From: Octopus vulgaris
Taxonomy: Eukaryota
DNA: 64,000 nucleotides
Direction of reading: 5' to 3'
NCBI GenBank assembly: GCA_951406725.2
Contig: OX597825.1
Location: 2,418,001-2,482,000 of the forward strand
Shown one piece after another: positions 28,514 to 43,885 of this stretch. The notes under the pieces are model-generated. The model had not been told where the DNA came from. It saw nothing but the letters and a program-made list of their open reading frames with translations, and did no database searches. A program made the translations under genes and the position numbers. Numbering within the stretch: the first letter of the stretch is position 1; each line of letters opens with the position of its first letter.

Positions 28514-28907
28514 ATGTGTGTGTGTGTGTGAACATAGGTCTAAGAGAGAGCAAAGGTGTTTGAAAGACTATGACGTACCTACTGCAATGTATTCTCGCTG
28601 TGTTCTGAAACATATTACAAATTTTCTCAATTTGATCATTGGTTGCTTATCACCACATCATAAATGAAAACAGCTTCGTAAGTCATAAACGCGCCGTGTT
28701 ATGTGCTAAGTGATTTGGAAAAGTGTTTATAGCGTTTCTTAAATTTTAAGACAAGCAAAAAATTTCTATTTGACCTTTTCTGTAATCCTTTAATTCCTCA
28801 TGTCCATATAATATATTGTTTATGTATCTATAGTTTTGAAGTCTCTCCAGGTTTCAGTGAGCAGATTAATGCATAGGCTATATGTTCCGGTAAACACACA
28901 TACACAC

Positions 28908-28964
<57 letters not shown>

Positions 28965-29789
28965 GTGTGTGTGTGTGTGTAGATATATACATATATACAA
29001 TTTATGTTTGTATATATGCATGTATGTTTATACATATATGTATATATCAATATACTCGTCTGTATCCTTCCCTGTATATATGTTATTTATATGCATCATT
29101 TACTTAGAAGCATGTGTATGTGTGGGTTTGGGTGTGCCCATTTGTGTGTATGTGTCTGTGTGTGTACATGTATAAATATATCTATATATTTTCATAGGTG
29201 TATATATGTATGTTTACACACCTATACAATGAAAATTCGTTAGAGAGTGCGATAGAGATATAAGAGACAGTATTTTATTAGCACACAATACACATCAATG
29301 CAAAACGCTCATAGATAACATTATTTGAAGACATTCAGTCGAACTGGTTGCCAATCGGTGCCATTGAGAGGTGTAGCTTACTGGAAGCAATTATATCACT
29401 GTGTGGCTGCCAAATATTTTATTGTTTTGCAATACGTGTCTTTAAAGTTTAGCGCGAGAGACTATTAGTGACTCACAGCAGTCGATTCAAACTCGCTGGA
29501 ATTACATTTATAGTCGCACATTGTATATATTTGTGTTAAATGACTTTATTCCACCACGTCCAGAGAGGAAACGTTGCTTGTTCGACTCTGAATTTCATCA
29601 GTGTGCAGTAATATTGGTACCACTAATTCTACGATCTCAAATGCTTGGTATATTTTTATCTGTCCGGCACTTAATGTTATCATCTCTGTTATCGAGAATT
29701 TGGTCTGTGTCATAAAAGATATCAGTATCCATAAATGGTTTCTAAAAATGGTACGAGATGCTCCATTACGAAGGAGAATTGTAGGGAAG

Positions 29790-29960
29790 TGAGATGGTAG
29801 AATTGTTAGTATGCCGGAAAATATGCTTCGCGGCATTTTGTCCGTGTTTACGCTTTGAGTTCAAACTCCGTTGAGATAGATTTTGCATTTCCTTCTTCAT
29901 TTCGGTGTTGATGAAATAAGAACCGGTCAAGTACTGGATGTCAATGAAATCGACTGGGTC
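29790..29960 (+). mobile_element. Decayed SINE of the second family
   Basis: gatggtagaattgttagt...cggcattttgtccgtgtttacgctttgagttcaaactccg (B-box-like gagttcaaa)...gatgaaataagaacc...aatcgact. Confidence 0.65.
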
Positions 29961-31301
29961 TTCCACTAGGATTTCAGACCTTGTAACTCTAGTAGAAAGG
30001 ATTAGGAAAAAGAGAATTAGCCGATTAAGCACATTCCGTCTTTTGCTTAAATTAAATTTAAAGAATAAAAGTACGTTTACTTACGATAATTTGAATAGAG
30101 TAGAAAAGGTAGTTCGATGGCCACATTTGAATATGACTGACATTGCTTTTCACATGTCTGTTCAACATCAGGAATTTTGCAGTCATAATTCGCTAAGATT
30201 TAATATTCACAAATTGACCGAGTGTCTTTTTGTAAATGCAAAATAAATGATTTGTGGTCATGGAATGAATCGGAATGCCACGTTTCATAGTGTGTACCAG
30301 CAATATACTGTGTGATGCATCAATTCAACCGCCTTTCTACTAACCCCGCCCATACAAATTTGTTTTCTTTTACTAAGCTCATAAATCAATATTTTTGATG
30401 AAATCAGCGACTGCACATCTCTCTCTCTATCGAAGTCTCTGTTGTTCGTGTGCGTGTGCGAGAACATCTGATCTTCCTTTGTACCAACATATTCTGTGTT
30501 TATTTTATTCTTTTGCTATATATAACTAATTAATCACAAGGTTTTCACCCTATTCGTCTGTCTGATACACTAACCAACAAGTGGATCCTTAATATATTCA
30601 TTAAATTTTTACTACTGGTTTGTCAAATACAATTTTCATCCATTCAACTAGCAGGCTGTGCATGATTTCTCTTATGCGATAACATCAATGCCAAAACTAA
30701 AGGAACTGTAAAGGATCAACCAATCAATAAACTTCAGAGGGAGGTTTGATTTCCACATTGACAGGTATTACTTATTGATGCAGCACTAACATCCATGATT
30801 AGAGACGCATGGAATAGATTAATGCAAACTTGCATTGCAAGGATTATAAACATGCAATGTAGCATAGATCGGCCACCATTGAAAGAATGAGAAGTCAACT
30901 GTTAGCCTAACGTGTTTTCACAGTCTGTCGAAATAATATGGAAATGGTGCAATAGGAATAATGTAAACCATTAATGTCTTTCAATTTTGTTTTTTTTTTT
31001 ACGTTTTCCCAGCAGTATTGTATATTGTAGATACTGCCTTGACCGACTGATGCACATATGGGTATATATATTTGTAATATTTAAGTCTATGTAATCATAC
31101 AGACACACATACACACGCACCATAATATATGTGCATATACTAATACATACATACATGTACGTGTGTGTATATTTACACAAACACACACACACACACATAT
31201 ATATATATTTACATACATGAATACATACTTATATGTATGAATACATACTTATATATATATGTATGTACACAGAGATGGATAGATAGAACTCAGAATATGT
31301 G

Positions 31302-31366
<65 letters not shown>

Positions 31367-31938
31367 ACACAGAGATAGATAGATGTATAAAATTAAATTA
31401 CTCTGAACAAAATGCAAGATGACGACTCCCAAAAGGGGCTCGTTTCAAGCCCATTTTTTGTATATATTTATACAGTCTTACAAGAATTCCCTTGTATTCG
31501 TTTATCTGAAAAGATGTGAAAAGGGTATATATAACCATTTATATTTGAGTGATTATATCTAGAATACAAGATTTCATTCATTCACCTTTGCTACGTGTAA
31601 CGTTGAAGGGGGGGGAATGACGTCATCTGACGCTGCCCAATGATCAGTAAGTGGAATGATCTTGAACAGTACCACACCTGAGTTGGGAGGTCGAATGAAG
31701 AGGCTAAATCCTTGTTTATCTTCTCTATGCTTCCTGCTTAACTCCTCTGTCTAGCTCCATATTCACTAATGTCCTCTTTCAGACGATTTTTCTATGCTGT
31801 GCACATCTACCTTTTTTCCCTTATAATTAATACAATGTCTCTACAAACTAATTGAACAAGTATTTCTACACATGTGAACAACATGCTTACAATCCATTCT
31901 ATTTGCAAATGTGCAAAACATTATATATACATCACCCC

Positions 31939-32004
<66 letters not shown>

Positions 32005-32310
32005 GGTTGTATACTGTCAATCTAACGTGAACGTGACAGTAGAGGATTACACAACCGCTGTTCAGCCCTAGGAAGCATCGACGCTTCCTGATGGTTTCGA
32101 CACATTTTTTTCCTGTGTCCTTATATATTTACGAAAGGGAGACAAACACCCCAGCAGCCAGGCCTGCATGTAGAGACACACATGTTTCAGGATCTGACAC
32201 AGGAAAAAAATGTGTCGAAGCCATCAGGAAGCGTCGATGCTTCCTAGGGCTAAACAGTGGTGTTGTAATCCCCTACTGTCACGTTCACGTTAGATTGACA
32301 GTATACAACC
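32005..32310. mobile_element. MITE with 115-bp TIRs and 3-bp AAT flanking duplication (PIF/Harbinger-like)
   Basis: 32005-32119 is a near-perfect reverse complement of 32196-32310; flanks read aat|ggttg...caacc|aat. Confidence 0.85.
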
Positions 32311-32688
32311 AATCTATCGCCCCACCACCGTACTTATCTCTATGAGATATTTAGAAATTTAATATTTCTTATATATATATATATATATATATATATAACA
32401 ACAACAATTGAGGAACGGCTATAATAGGCCGTTCGACCCACTAGAAATGGCAGCTAGGGCTGCAACCGCAAATAGTAGTAATTCCGAAATCAGAGAAAAA
32501 TTTAAAAAAAAATATATATATATATATACATATATTGACGGAGAAAGACCATCACTGAGGATTGTCATACAAAATGCCAGTGCATCAGGTTATTGCACCA
32601 CCAGTTAGCTTTACCTGGGTTCATAATCCCGGTTTCCATGCTCGGCGCGGTGCCCTCCTACTCGACTTAGCATCCCATAGGTGACTCA

Positions 32689-32788
32689 NNNNNNNNNNNN
32701 NNNNNNNNNNNNNNNNNNNNNNNNNNNNNNNNNNNNNNNNNNNNNNNNNNNNNNNNNNNNNNNNNNNNNNNNNNNNNNNNNNNNNNNN
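32689..32788. other. Assembly gap (100 N)
   Basis: Run of exactly 100 N. Confidence 1.
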
Positions 32789-33300
32789 TCGCTTTCGCCA
32801 AATGTCCTCCAACAAACGCTTCAACACGTCCCATTAAAACTGTCAATTGACAGTCTGACCCTTAAGACGAATTCTCGATGCGCAATGCCACAGGTAATGA
32901 CGCCCGTGGCAGGTTATCTAGATCGCTCATCGTCTTCTATGGACGTATTTCCGCTTTTCAAGCTACTGTGCCACTCAAAGCATTGTGTACAACACATACA
33001 TCGACACCGTAAGCTTGCCGAAGCATGATCAATATCTCAGTATGCAGACTTCCCAAGGTAAACGCGAAATTTTACGTTGACTCTTTGTTCCAACTCCCTT
33101 TCCGCAACAAACCCGCTGACTACAGCACACACCTGACCTCAAAAACATAAATTTCACAATCTGCGAACTAAATACACAGATGTCACTCAGAACGTTACTT
33201 CTCAATGGTTACTGCTGGCTGTAAATGTACACGAAACTATGTCCTATCATCTCTTAGTGCACTACAGAGCTTAACCAGGAAATTTTAAATGACACATCGT
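32789..33300 (-). mobile_element. Internally deleted, decayed mariner element
   Basis: Minus strand at 33090-33005 reads EQRVNVKFRVYLGKSA / EILIMLRQAYG (mariner N-terminal HTH); LKRLLEDIWRKR near 32790-32830 belongs to the catalytic region. Confidence 0.75.
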
Positions 33301-33575
33301 AAAACAATGCTTTATAGGCAATGCTGTTTTACCTGGACATGTCTCTGTGTGATTTCTTATAGCAATACAATCTTCTTGCGTCCCTATATTTTTGTTTTCA
33401 TGCACACTGCTTGATTTGGCTTCGTTATAACAATCTGTATGACTTCATGCCAGTTGTGTCGTGCCAATCCAGAGCCAAATTAAGCGGATACTCATTCAGC
33501 AATTTGGACTAGATTATTATATTTGACTGAAGATGAAAATTCTGGTTGCGTTCATATATATACATATACATACAT

Positions 33576-33639
<64 letters not shown>

Positions 33640-33721
33640 CATATGTATGTATATATGTATATATATGTATATATATTAGTATGTATATATATATATATAC
33701 ATATGTATATATATATATATG

Positions 33722-33799
<78 letters not shown>

Positions 33800-35541
33800 T
33801 GTATTTAGATGAGTTAGATTACTTGATCAAGACGAAAGGTGGTCATTTGAAAATAAAATTACTCCAGGAGATTCAAAATTTACACTAGAACATGTGCGTC
33901 AAATTTCATTATTCTAGCATAACTTTATTTTTGAAGAATTAAGAAACATCAATGGCTAAATCTTTCTCGAACACCCTGCACAAACACACACACACACACA
34001 CACACACAGACACACACACAGACACACACACAGACACACACATGCATGCACATACATATACACACACATACACACAGGCGCAGACACACAGACACACAGA
34101 CACACACACACCTACACACATACACACACAGACATATGCACATACACATATATTTAGACATCTAATTTTATGCAAGGGCTAACATCCTTACAAAATGGAC
34201 TTCTACTTGAATAAGCATGTGTAGATTTAGATGCATCTCAGTGCATTATAAATAGGTGCATCTGCATAAGTGTATATATATATATATATACATATATAAA
34301 TGGTTTTCTATGCATGCATATAGATATGTTTTCCTGTATGTACATGTAGGACATGTATGTATATTTTCTTTATTCCTGAATTAAGGCTACCACTGGTTTC
34401 ATGTTAAGAAGAGTAGGAAAACAATCTTGTATTTTAAACATTTTTCAAGCCGATCACCTGGAAAAATGTGTTCGCCTCTATTTTGGATAATAGTCTGGTT
34501 TCATTCACGGGATTTTTCATAAAATCTGTACATACAGTTCTTTGAGTAACCTCTATCCGTAGCCTGCCGTTTTCTAAGTCTAATCCTATATGCAATCAGC
34601 TTTTCGCATGTTATGTTCGAAAACTGCACTGTCAACCAAATTATTTTCGAAACCCTTTTAAAATATATACAGTTCTTGGCTTTACGCATTCATATTTAAC
34701 CGGTCCACGTAGTCTTTGCAAAATCCTTTTATCTATTAATAAATAATTCGCTGTGTAAGACATGTATTGTGTCTCATGTTTGAGACACCGACCCTGTGAC
34801 TGATCAGTGGATCAAATTTATTTACTTTCAAATAACCTATTACTTTACCATTACTTTTCGACTGCGCCTGCGCTGACATGATTTAGAAAAGAAAACGAAA
34901 TGACAATAGATATTATGGCAAGTCGAACGACTCCTTTGTTGGTTTATAAATGTTTAATCTATATTTATGCTCGAATCAATCCGAGCTATCATTAAAAGTG
35001 TTACAAGTAGTTCAAACACATCACTTTAGATTCACGTATTCACAATCTCTAATATTACCATCCACTATTACAGCGGTGTTTCTTTACTCAGATCGTAGAG
35101 TATAATTTAATGGAGATGAAGCTACTATTGTGGAAAAATGCATCAACCACTTAGAAGCCCATTGGATGGACCTTTGCTACAGAGGTCAGTCTCGTTGTTG
35201 GAGTTGTTGGTTAGAGTGCTGAACACTGAGTTCAAAAGACATTCCAGATGTGACTATCTCATATATTTCACGTTTATATAAATGTACTATATTGTCTAAA
35301 AAATGTTTCAGTTGTTTCACTGAGTGCTGTGTATCTAAATGGTTGATTTATCTGATTTCTCAAGCAGGGTTCGTGACTACAGAGATGACTTTCACGTCAA
35401 GTTGAATTAGTTGAATTCAAAAGCGCTGTCCTCACACAGGATGGCTATAAACTTCGGATATGTGTTGTGATAGTGATATTAATTTATAGAGGTTAGCAAA
35501 GGCACTCAGTCACTTTCTTTCTCTACCATTGATTCATTACG

Positions 35542-35597
<56 letters not shown>

Positions 35598-36581
35598 CCT
35601 GTCTTTCACTATTTTTCTCTTCTCAACAAACACGTTGGTACAGGCTTGACCTCTATACATAGTAAAAAAATGAAAACATATTTCAAGATGACAAAACAAA
35701 TATTCATTAATTCTATCACATCAATACAAACATTAGCCAATAATGTTTTCCTTTATTTTGTGAAATAAGAGCTATAAGACAAAATGTAATAACAATAAAG
35801 AAGCCAAATAAATGGCTCTTCCTCGTATTATTTGTTTTTTTGTTTTCTATAATTGTTTCAAATGAATATCCTCTTCTATTTCTTAAGTTTTTCTGAGAGA
35901 AGTGTCCATTTTTAACTCAGCAAATATCCATTTTTGCAAAAGTGAATAAAACAATGCTATAGTAATTTTGTTTTATATCGCTTTTCGGAATGGCTCTTTG
36001 GACAATTAATAGCAGCAACCAGATTCACAGGTGTCAACTATAGCTGCTATATGTCTTTCTTTATAGCCCCAGTAACATATGTAATCGATTGCTTGATTGG
36101 TGTGACCGCGAACAGACAATTTACAATCGGAATTGTTCGAGATGTTTTGTGTTTGACGTTAAAATTACATGGTCCACCTTCAGAAAACCAGAAACAATAT
36201 AATGGAAGAAACAATGTTAATAGCTGGATGATTCAAAGAAATACAGATGAATTCGTCTGTCGTAAATTATGAGTAGGCATTCTATAAAGGAAGTCTTTAT
36301 GAAATATATTTAATTTCTGGTAATCATCTCTTACGATTTTAAGGTTGTCTTGTCAACAATAAATAAAATATTCACTTGTGAAAAAGAGCTGTGATTCATT
36401 ATGTGTGTGAATGTGTGAATTCTAAAGTGTATATGTGTGTATGTGAATATACATATATTAGAAATATACATTTTGGTTTATTTCCATCAATGTAGGTGTA
36501 TATACATTATATATACAAGTACGCATTTAGACATCAATGAATGAATGAAAATGTGTACACAGACACAAATACATACATACA

Positions 36582-36666
<85 letters not shown>

Positions 36667-37649
36667 CGATGTGTGTGTGTATGTCTGTGTATTTGTATAT
36701 GCGTGTATGCCTATATTGTGGGGGCGTGTATGCACTAATCATGCAAATAGATATTGCGCAATGATAACGTATATAAATCTTGAGGCAATATGATTTAGCG
36801 AGGGCACTCGATGAAATAGAAAACAAATACAACATTCTAAGCAATAACACGTGTGTTACTGCATTAGGATGCAAATACGATGGAGTGATACCTGAAAAAA
36901 TGCCGAGAATGAGAGATATTTATGGGACACATGCGATATCTCATAACGTATTCTGGCGTTTGGACTATTGTAGATATCTATTTTTCTATACACTTTGATT
37001 ATGATTTCGTGTATCTCTTTGTTTTATCCGTCTCTATATTCCATACATTATAATTCTAAACATCAAAGATGGTGGATTAGTAAAATGGTGAGAGTCAGAA
37101 AAGTTTCACCCTTGTATTCAAAACCCAGTCAGAAATTTGCCTTTCATTTCCATGAAATAAATGACTGTCAAGTATTGGAGTCAGAAAATTTGAGAAATTT
37201 CGTCGGCTTCAAAATTAATAGACTTAAGTGTATATATAAAAAAAAACTTTCTTTTGAACATGGTACGGTGTGTTGAATCGTTAGAGAACAGGTATTGGTG
37301 GAATTATTGGGTACTTGTTCTACTTTCTCTTTCCTTTTGACTACAGATCCGCACAGAATATCAACCTTCAAATTCTTTCTAGTGGGTGGATAAAAAACAT
37401 ATCAGTCAACGACTGATTTTCATTTAATCTAAAAAAAGAAAAATTAAAAAATGATAAAGAAAAAAACCCAGTTTCACAAAATATCTGACGTTGTGTTTAC
37501 TTAAGACATTTTTAAATTAAGAGAATTGGTGTGTTTAAAGCGTCGGTCAATATATATCACTGTGTTTTCTTCCGGAGGCCAATTTTACCTGACAGATTCT
37601 CGTTGTCTTTAAACTATGGCACCAAGCGTTGGCTTCGTTTTCATCAACC

Positions 37650-37800
37650 AAAAGCATTTCCTCAATTTTCTTTCACACTTCTGACTGGTCGGCCGGAGGG
37701 TATAATAGAAGACACTTGTCTAAGATGCCGCACAGTGGGACTGAACTCGGAAGCATGTGGTTGGGAAGCAAGCTTCTTGCCTCCCAGCCATTCCTGCAAC
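37650..37800 (-). mobile_element. SINE 5' head
   Basis: Reverse complement gcaggaatggctgggaggcaagaagcttgcttcccaaccacatgcttccgagttcagtcccactgtgcggcatcttagacaagtgtcttc matches 43465-43560. Confidence 0.8.
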
Positions 37801-38329
37801 TATGTTAGTAGCATTTATCATTACTCACATTGTGCGTCGTCCTTTTGTTTTCGCCATGGCTGCATATGATATGAGGTCGATGCAGTTAATATTCCCAATA
37901 TTTTATGAGACACCATCGGAGATTGACGGTGCTTCTATTTGGCAATGTATGACAAATGGTTGCTATAGTCATGACGTGTGCGTTGTAGTATTAGGAGGAG
38001 TAGTATAAGAAATTAACTTTACAGCTGCAATCATAAACAATCACGTATTAACTTAATGATTAAACTAAATTGACAGACGCTGGGGAGACATTATTCGGCA
38101 TAATAATTAATGAAGTTTTGTTGCTCCACCAGTCTGATGATCGAGCGTTCCTTATTTGGAATAACTTTTGGAATATACAATTCTATGACTTATCAAAGCA
38201 AACATGCTTGCATAATTCGTTACTTTCGGAAATTGATGCTACATGAAAAACGCGTAAGTCACGTGGATAAATAATATATACTCACCGCTAACACCTGATG
38301 ACGCTATGGCTTTATAAACACTCATATGT

Positions 38330-38530
38330 TTGTGTATGTATATGTGTATGTATGTATATATGCATGCATGTATGTATGTATGTATGTATGCGTGTATGTA
38401 TGTGTGTATGTATGCATGTATGCTTGTATGTGTGTATGTATGCATGCATGTATGCGTGTATGTATATATGTAAGCATGTATGTATGTATGTATGTATGTA
38501 TGTATGTATGTATGTATGTATGTATGTATG
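38330..38530 (+). repeat. (TATG)n degenerate microsatellite
   Basis: Tetranucleotide array. Confidence 0.9.
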
Positions 38531-41500
38531 TGGGTACGCTTGTATAAAGCAGTGTCGAGCATTGACAATTGTAGTAGATATAGATCAAGATTTTCCAAGC
38601 CGTGTTATGAAACTTGACTTAGTGGTTGTAAAACAAGTTTCCTAACGATACTTTTATGAGTGCAATGTATTTCTCATATGATGGCACGTAAAATATCGTT
38701 TTGAGGTAAAACTGTCGAAGTCATTGTGGCTTCCCAGTTTCACCATAGGTCTTTCGTTGCTATTGGAATAAAACTACGGGAGTGAAAGTTAAGACCATTT
38801 GAATGATAATCTTTTCATGCAAGCAATTAAAATATTTTACCGATGTTGTATTACTTTTTGTCTTTGTGATATTAGTTGCTTTTTAATTAAAGATGAGCCT
38901 TCCTAGTGTAGACATAGGAGGACTAGAAATCTAGTCTTAATCTTATGATTAGATATGAGCAGAACTACTTTATGTAAGGTTCTCTTTCGGCATTTAAAAT
39001 AAAAGAACATTTGCCTGATATTTATAACTGGGTGCTCAATCATGTCGAAAAAATCTCTCATAGGGAGAAGAAGCTCCTTATCAATGTTCTGTGCGGACTT
39101 TTATTCGATGTTTGTCGTATAAGAAATTTAAAAGCTAGTTGATACAATTGTGCAAATATCAGGCAAATCAATTCCATTTAGTGTGATATTCATGAGTTTA
39201 TCCCTTCAATTTAGCCTTAATTTTCAAACATATGGTTGAAATTGATTCACCGCTCTGTATATTAATATTTCCTTAGGTATTAAAATTTAAAATTATTATA
39301 ATTAAGCCTTAAAATTAGAATGCAGTGACATGATTATAAAGTATACAGTTTCTTTTTAATTTTGCATTTTTATTATGACTGAGAACCAAGGGAGCCCCCT
39401 TAAATTTGTAATTTACATAGATATAGATTACTTAAAACTAATGCAAACATCAAACCATTGTAAAACCCGAAAATACAGCATAGCAGTTTTTTATTGGCAA
39501 GAATAAATTAGTTCATACTCACACCCCTTCTTAATTGAACTATGCTATTTCATTTTATTTACTAAACGTATTGAAAGAATTGTTTCTTATAAATAAATCA
39601 AACACAGTACATCAATAATACTAAATTTACCATATGCACTTTGATGTTGAAGGCAGCGTCAAAATCTTCAAAGAAAAAAAAGGAAACACTTTCTCACTCA
39701 TTCAAGAACTAGCATAGAAATTAATTATAGGTTAAATTAGCATTTAAAATCCTGTCAGAAAGTTGTAAATTTATAAAGATTAATTCAAAATATAAAGAAC
39801 TAGAATTTACTCACAAAATGATCTCAACAATCAAAAAATTATTTAATCAATATATTGGAGTGATATGAATCATGGTATTTCTTGGTTCTGTATCAATAAA
39901 ACCATGAAATGAGTTAAATTTACTGAAACGAATTTTGGTATGAAAAGAACCAAAGTGATTATATAGTGTTGTGGTTTCTGTACTTTCACTTCACCTGGTT
40001 CATAAGATTAATAGTAACATTAATTTTCCGATCATTTTTGCTGTAATGTTTTCTGCCAAGGAAGTAATAGAAATAATCATATATTCTTTGGATTGTTTGA
40101 TGTCTTGCAAAATGCAACAACAACGAAAACAAAAGTTCACAGGCCTGAATTTTGATAAAGAACAACAAACTTACTAAATCATTTTGAAATTTAAGTAATT
40201 GAAAATTACAGACGTCAAGCTGTGTACTGTTTTCACTGTTTGTTTCTTTGATCAGAGGACAGATTTCTTTCCTATTGAGATGATGCCAATTCTTTTGGTG
40301 AAGAGGTCTCAGTTGACTAAATTAAACCTCATAAATTAATGACAGTTATTTTTATCACCCTCTCAAAGAGAAAGGTATGGGTGAGAGTGAAGAAGCGAGA
40401 GAAGGAATGATAATCAAAGTCAATTTTGATAGGAAATAAATTTTAAAATAAATTCTATGAGAGTAAAGAGTCCAATGTATTTTAATGACAACATTTTGCA
40501 CTGGTCTTCAGTTTAGGTCTACCGCTCATGTTAGATATGTCCGTATATTCGAAACTTTTAAATATATTTTCTGTGCATGTGAAAGAAAAATATTCTTGCG
40601 TGTACTTATTTTCGAACTTTTCATGCATTATTAAAGTTCATGCTTCTCCCATTAAAATTTCACGAGCCCTTTTCTTGTTGCTACAGACTGTAATTTTTGT
40701 TGTATTTACTTTCATGTTACTTGGGATCTGTTGACATTTGAAGTTTCAGACTTCCTAAGTTTTTGTTGACTCTAATGCTAACACAAATATATCACTGTAA
40801 TTTCAATTAATATACAATTAAGATATTAGGATTGATTGATAGCTACACCTAAGAGAAACAGTAAATTTCTTGGCGTTAATCTTTTGATGGATATTGGAAT
40901 ATTACTCAAACTAACCATTGAAAAATGTGGATAATTTTGCACTGTATCCTTTAAAATATATCAGTAATTTCCTTGCATATCCGTATTATTTACGACATCC
41001 ATTTTTACCAATTATATTTTGCTCTGTACTTTATTCTTTTCATTCCTGCTTATCCTGTCAAATCTTCTAAAGATACACATGTCATTGACATCTATCTTTT
41101 TCAGCATAGCTGTGCATTTAGTCCAAGTTTAATAGAGTCAGCCTTATATGCAGTTATATATGATTTCAGATGATGTTTTCTGTTATAATATATTTTATTT
41201 GAGCCATATATATATATATTGGTAACTTCATCTTCAGTATATGCAGGCAAGAGCAAATCTCAGTGTAATTATTTGTTATTGTAGTGTTGTCATTAAAATT
41301 TAGAGCTTTGCAAACAAGCATAAATTACAGTATGACTGAGGCTGTGAATATTTTGTTTCTTTGTCTAAAAGATGCCATCAAATAAATAGATGTACCCCAC
41401 GACAAATATAAAATAGTTTTTGTAATGTTTATAAAAGAATATTGTATTCATGATATAGTAAATTAATGTGTCATACAATATTTAATTATAATTTAATTAC

Positions 41501-41963
41501 AAATGTATAGGACAGGAGTTACATACATAATATTGTTTTTTTGATAATTAGTTTTGACTAAATAAAGGTATATAAATTCCATTTAAGCAATTTTCTGCTC
41601 TTTAGGTTCCGTTTATTTGTATTATTATTTTTACGTTATTTAAAAACATTGATGAGGGTTTAAGAACACTGCATAGATTAAACTAGATCATTATGAGTGA
41701 AGACAGATCAATGATAATCCTATGTATAGGACGAAGGATCCGTGTCACAAACGCCCACAACACTTCAAGTAATAAGGAGGTCAGATAAACTCTTCTACAT
41801 ACACAGATACACATTCAAATATACATACATACATACATATATACATACATGATGGCTGCCCCTCGTTATTGAGTATGGCCATTGCACGAAGCTTAACTGT
41901 TATTGGTGCTGTGATCGAATGTGACTTTTTAGCCCAGCTAAAGATCTACAATGTCTTCAAGAC

Positions 41964-42105
41964 ATACATACATACATACATACATACATACATACATACA
42001 TACATACATACCTACCTACCTACCTACCTACATACATACATACATACATACATACATACATACATACATACATACATACATACATACATACAAGACATAC
42101 ATACA
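41964..42105 (+). repeat. (TACA)n microsatellite with a (TACC)n block
   Basis: Tetranucleotide array. Confidence 0.95.
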
Positions 42106-42861
42106 TAAACCCACACGCATAAATACACAAACAAACTCACATATAGGTATGCATACATATACGCACTCGTATACATACATAATCCCAAAGAAAACTATCA
42201 AGAGATGAACGATATTTCCGAATCGCCACGTTTATATTGATTGGATTTGAATATGGTTGATTATCGTTCATGATTCTCTGTTTGTGTTTATTGATACCGC
42301 AAGACAGATAATAATGCTTATTTCTATACAACTGCATGCCTCTTGTCTATCTAGAAATATATTTATTTCTGTATGCTCTATAAATTTTTATGCAATATAC
42401 TTAAGCCCTCAGCAATTTTCTTCATTAAATTGTGTTGTTATGCATTAATTATAAGATCAGAAACGAAGAGATTTCTACAAACTATTCTTCTGTCTTTTCC
42501 TTCTTATATACACATATATGCACATACATATATTCGTATATATATATATATGTATAAATATACACACAAATATAAAAATGCTTACACAGAAAGTGCAGGA
42601 AGTATTTGATAAAACAACTTTGATATAGTGAATGATATCATATTACCCTGCTTTTCGAACTAGTATCCAAGATGTGCGTAGACGTGGATTCATTCAAAAT
42701 TTGGTTCCTTGTGTAATGTTTCCGTCACATGGCTACATGCCTCGTTCGTTTCCTCCGGTAAAAAAAATTGGTCGACGCGACTTTCACTAAGTCTGAGAAT
42801 TCAGGTATGGACAAACGCATACAAATACGGGGGTGCACCACTCACACAATAACACATACGC

Positions 42862-43293
42862 ATGCTTCATGGTCTCAAAAATTTGTCTTATGAAGAAAGG
42901 CTGAGGACGCTCGACCTTTATTCTCTAGAAAAACGCCGCCGCCGTGGTGATCTCATTCTCGCTCACAACATCATAAGCGGAAAGTGTAACCTCTCGAAAG
43001 AGCTGTTCTTCACTCCTGCTCTAGAGCGTCGGCTGCGGGGTCATTCGGAAAAGCTCTACCGGCGACGATTTCATCTTAATCGAAGGAGAGGAGCTTTCTC
43101 CGTCCGGGTTGCGGATCCGTGGAACAAGCTGCCAGAAGAGATGGTGAAGATGCCGACGACCGCTTTGTTCAAAGTCTCCCTTGACCTCAAGTGGCCTGAA
43201 CTCTTTACATGAACACCATCATGTACTTAACTCCATGTCCCCCTACATGGCCTTGCTATTTGCTTTTGAGCCAAAAATTAACTAACTAACTAA
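42862..43293 (+). mobile_element. 5'-truncated CR1/L2-group LINE: open ORF2 C-terminus, 3' UTR and (AACT)n tail
   Basis: GLKNLSYEERLRTLDLYSLEKRRRRGDLI...RGHSEKL...FSVRVADPWNKLP...FKVSLD is the classic CR1 ORF2 end; tail aactaactaactaac. Confidence 0.93.
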
Positions 43294-43460
43294 CACACAC
43301 ATACACACAGACACACACGCATACACACACACAGACACACACACACAGACACACACACAGACACACACACACATACACACACACAATGTACTGTTCCATG
43401 ATGGTAAGATCAACAAAAATGTTCTCTGGTGAGAGATAAATATTATTTAATAGACACAAT

Positions 43461-43885
43461 AGGCGCAGGAGTGGCTGTGTGGTAAGTAGCTTGCTAACCA
43501 ACCCCATGGTTCCAGGTTCAGTCCCACTGCGTGGCATCTTGGATAAGTGTCTTCTGTTATAGCGCCGGGCCGACCAATGCCTTGTGAGTGGATTTGGTAG
43601 ACGGAAACTGAAAGAAGACTGTCGTATATATGTATATATATATATGTGTGTGTGTGTGTGTTTCTGTATCTGTGTCTGTCCCCTTAGCATTGCTTGACAA
43701 CCGATGCTGGTGTGTTTACGTCCCCGTTCCCGTTCCTTAGCGGTTCGGCAAAAGAGACCGATAGAATAAGTCCTGGGCTTACAAAGAAAGTCCCGGGGTC
43801 GATTTGCTTGACTAAAGGCGGTGCTCCAGCATGGCCGCAGTCAAATGACTGAAACAAGTAAAATAGTAAAAGAGAGTAAAAGAGT
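43461..43885 (+). mobile_element. Full-length tRNA-derived SINE with internal (TA/TG)n
   Basis: A-box-like tggctgtgtgg (43472), B-box-like ggttcagtccc (43515), central microsatellite, (aaagagt)-type tail; several partial copies elsewhere in the window. Confidence 0.92.

Noticed and set aside
38133-38165. CTGATGA motif as a possible hammerhead
   Set aside because: No GAAA core half and no supporting stems.
40500-41200. Possible decayed DNA transposase
   Set aside because: No convincing catalytic motif could be read in any frame.
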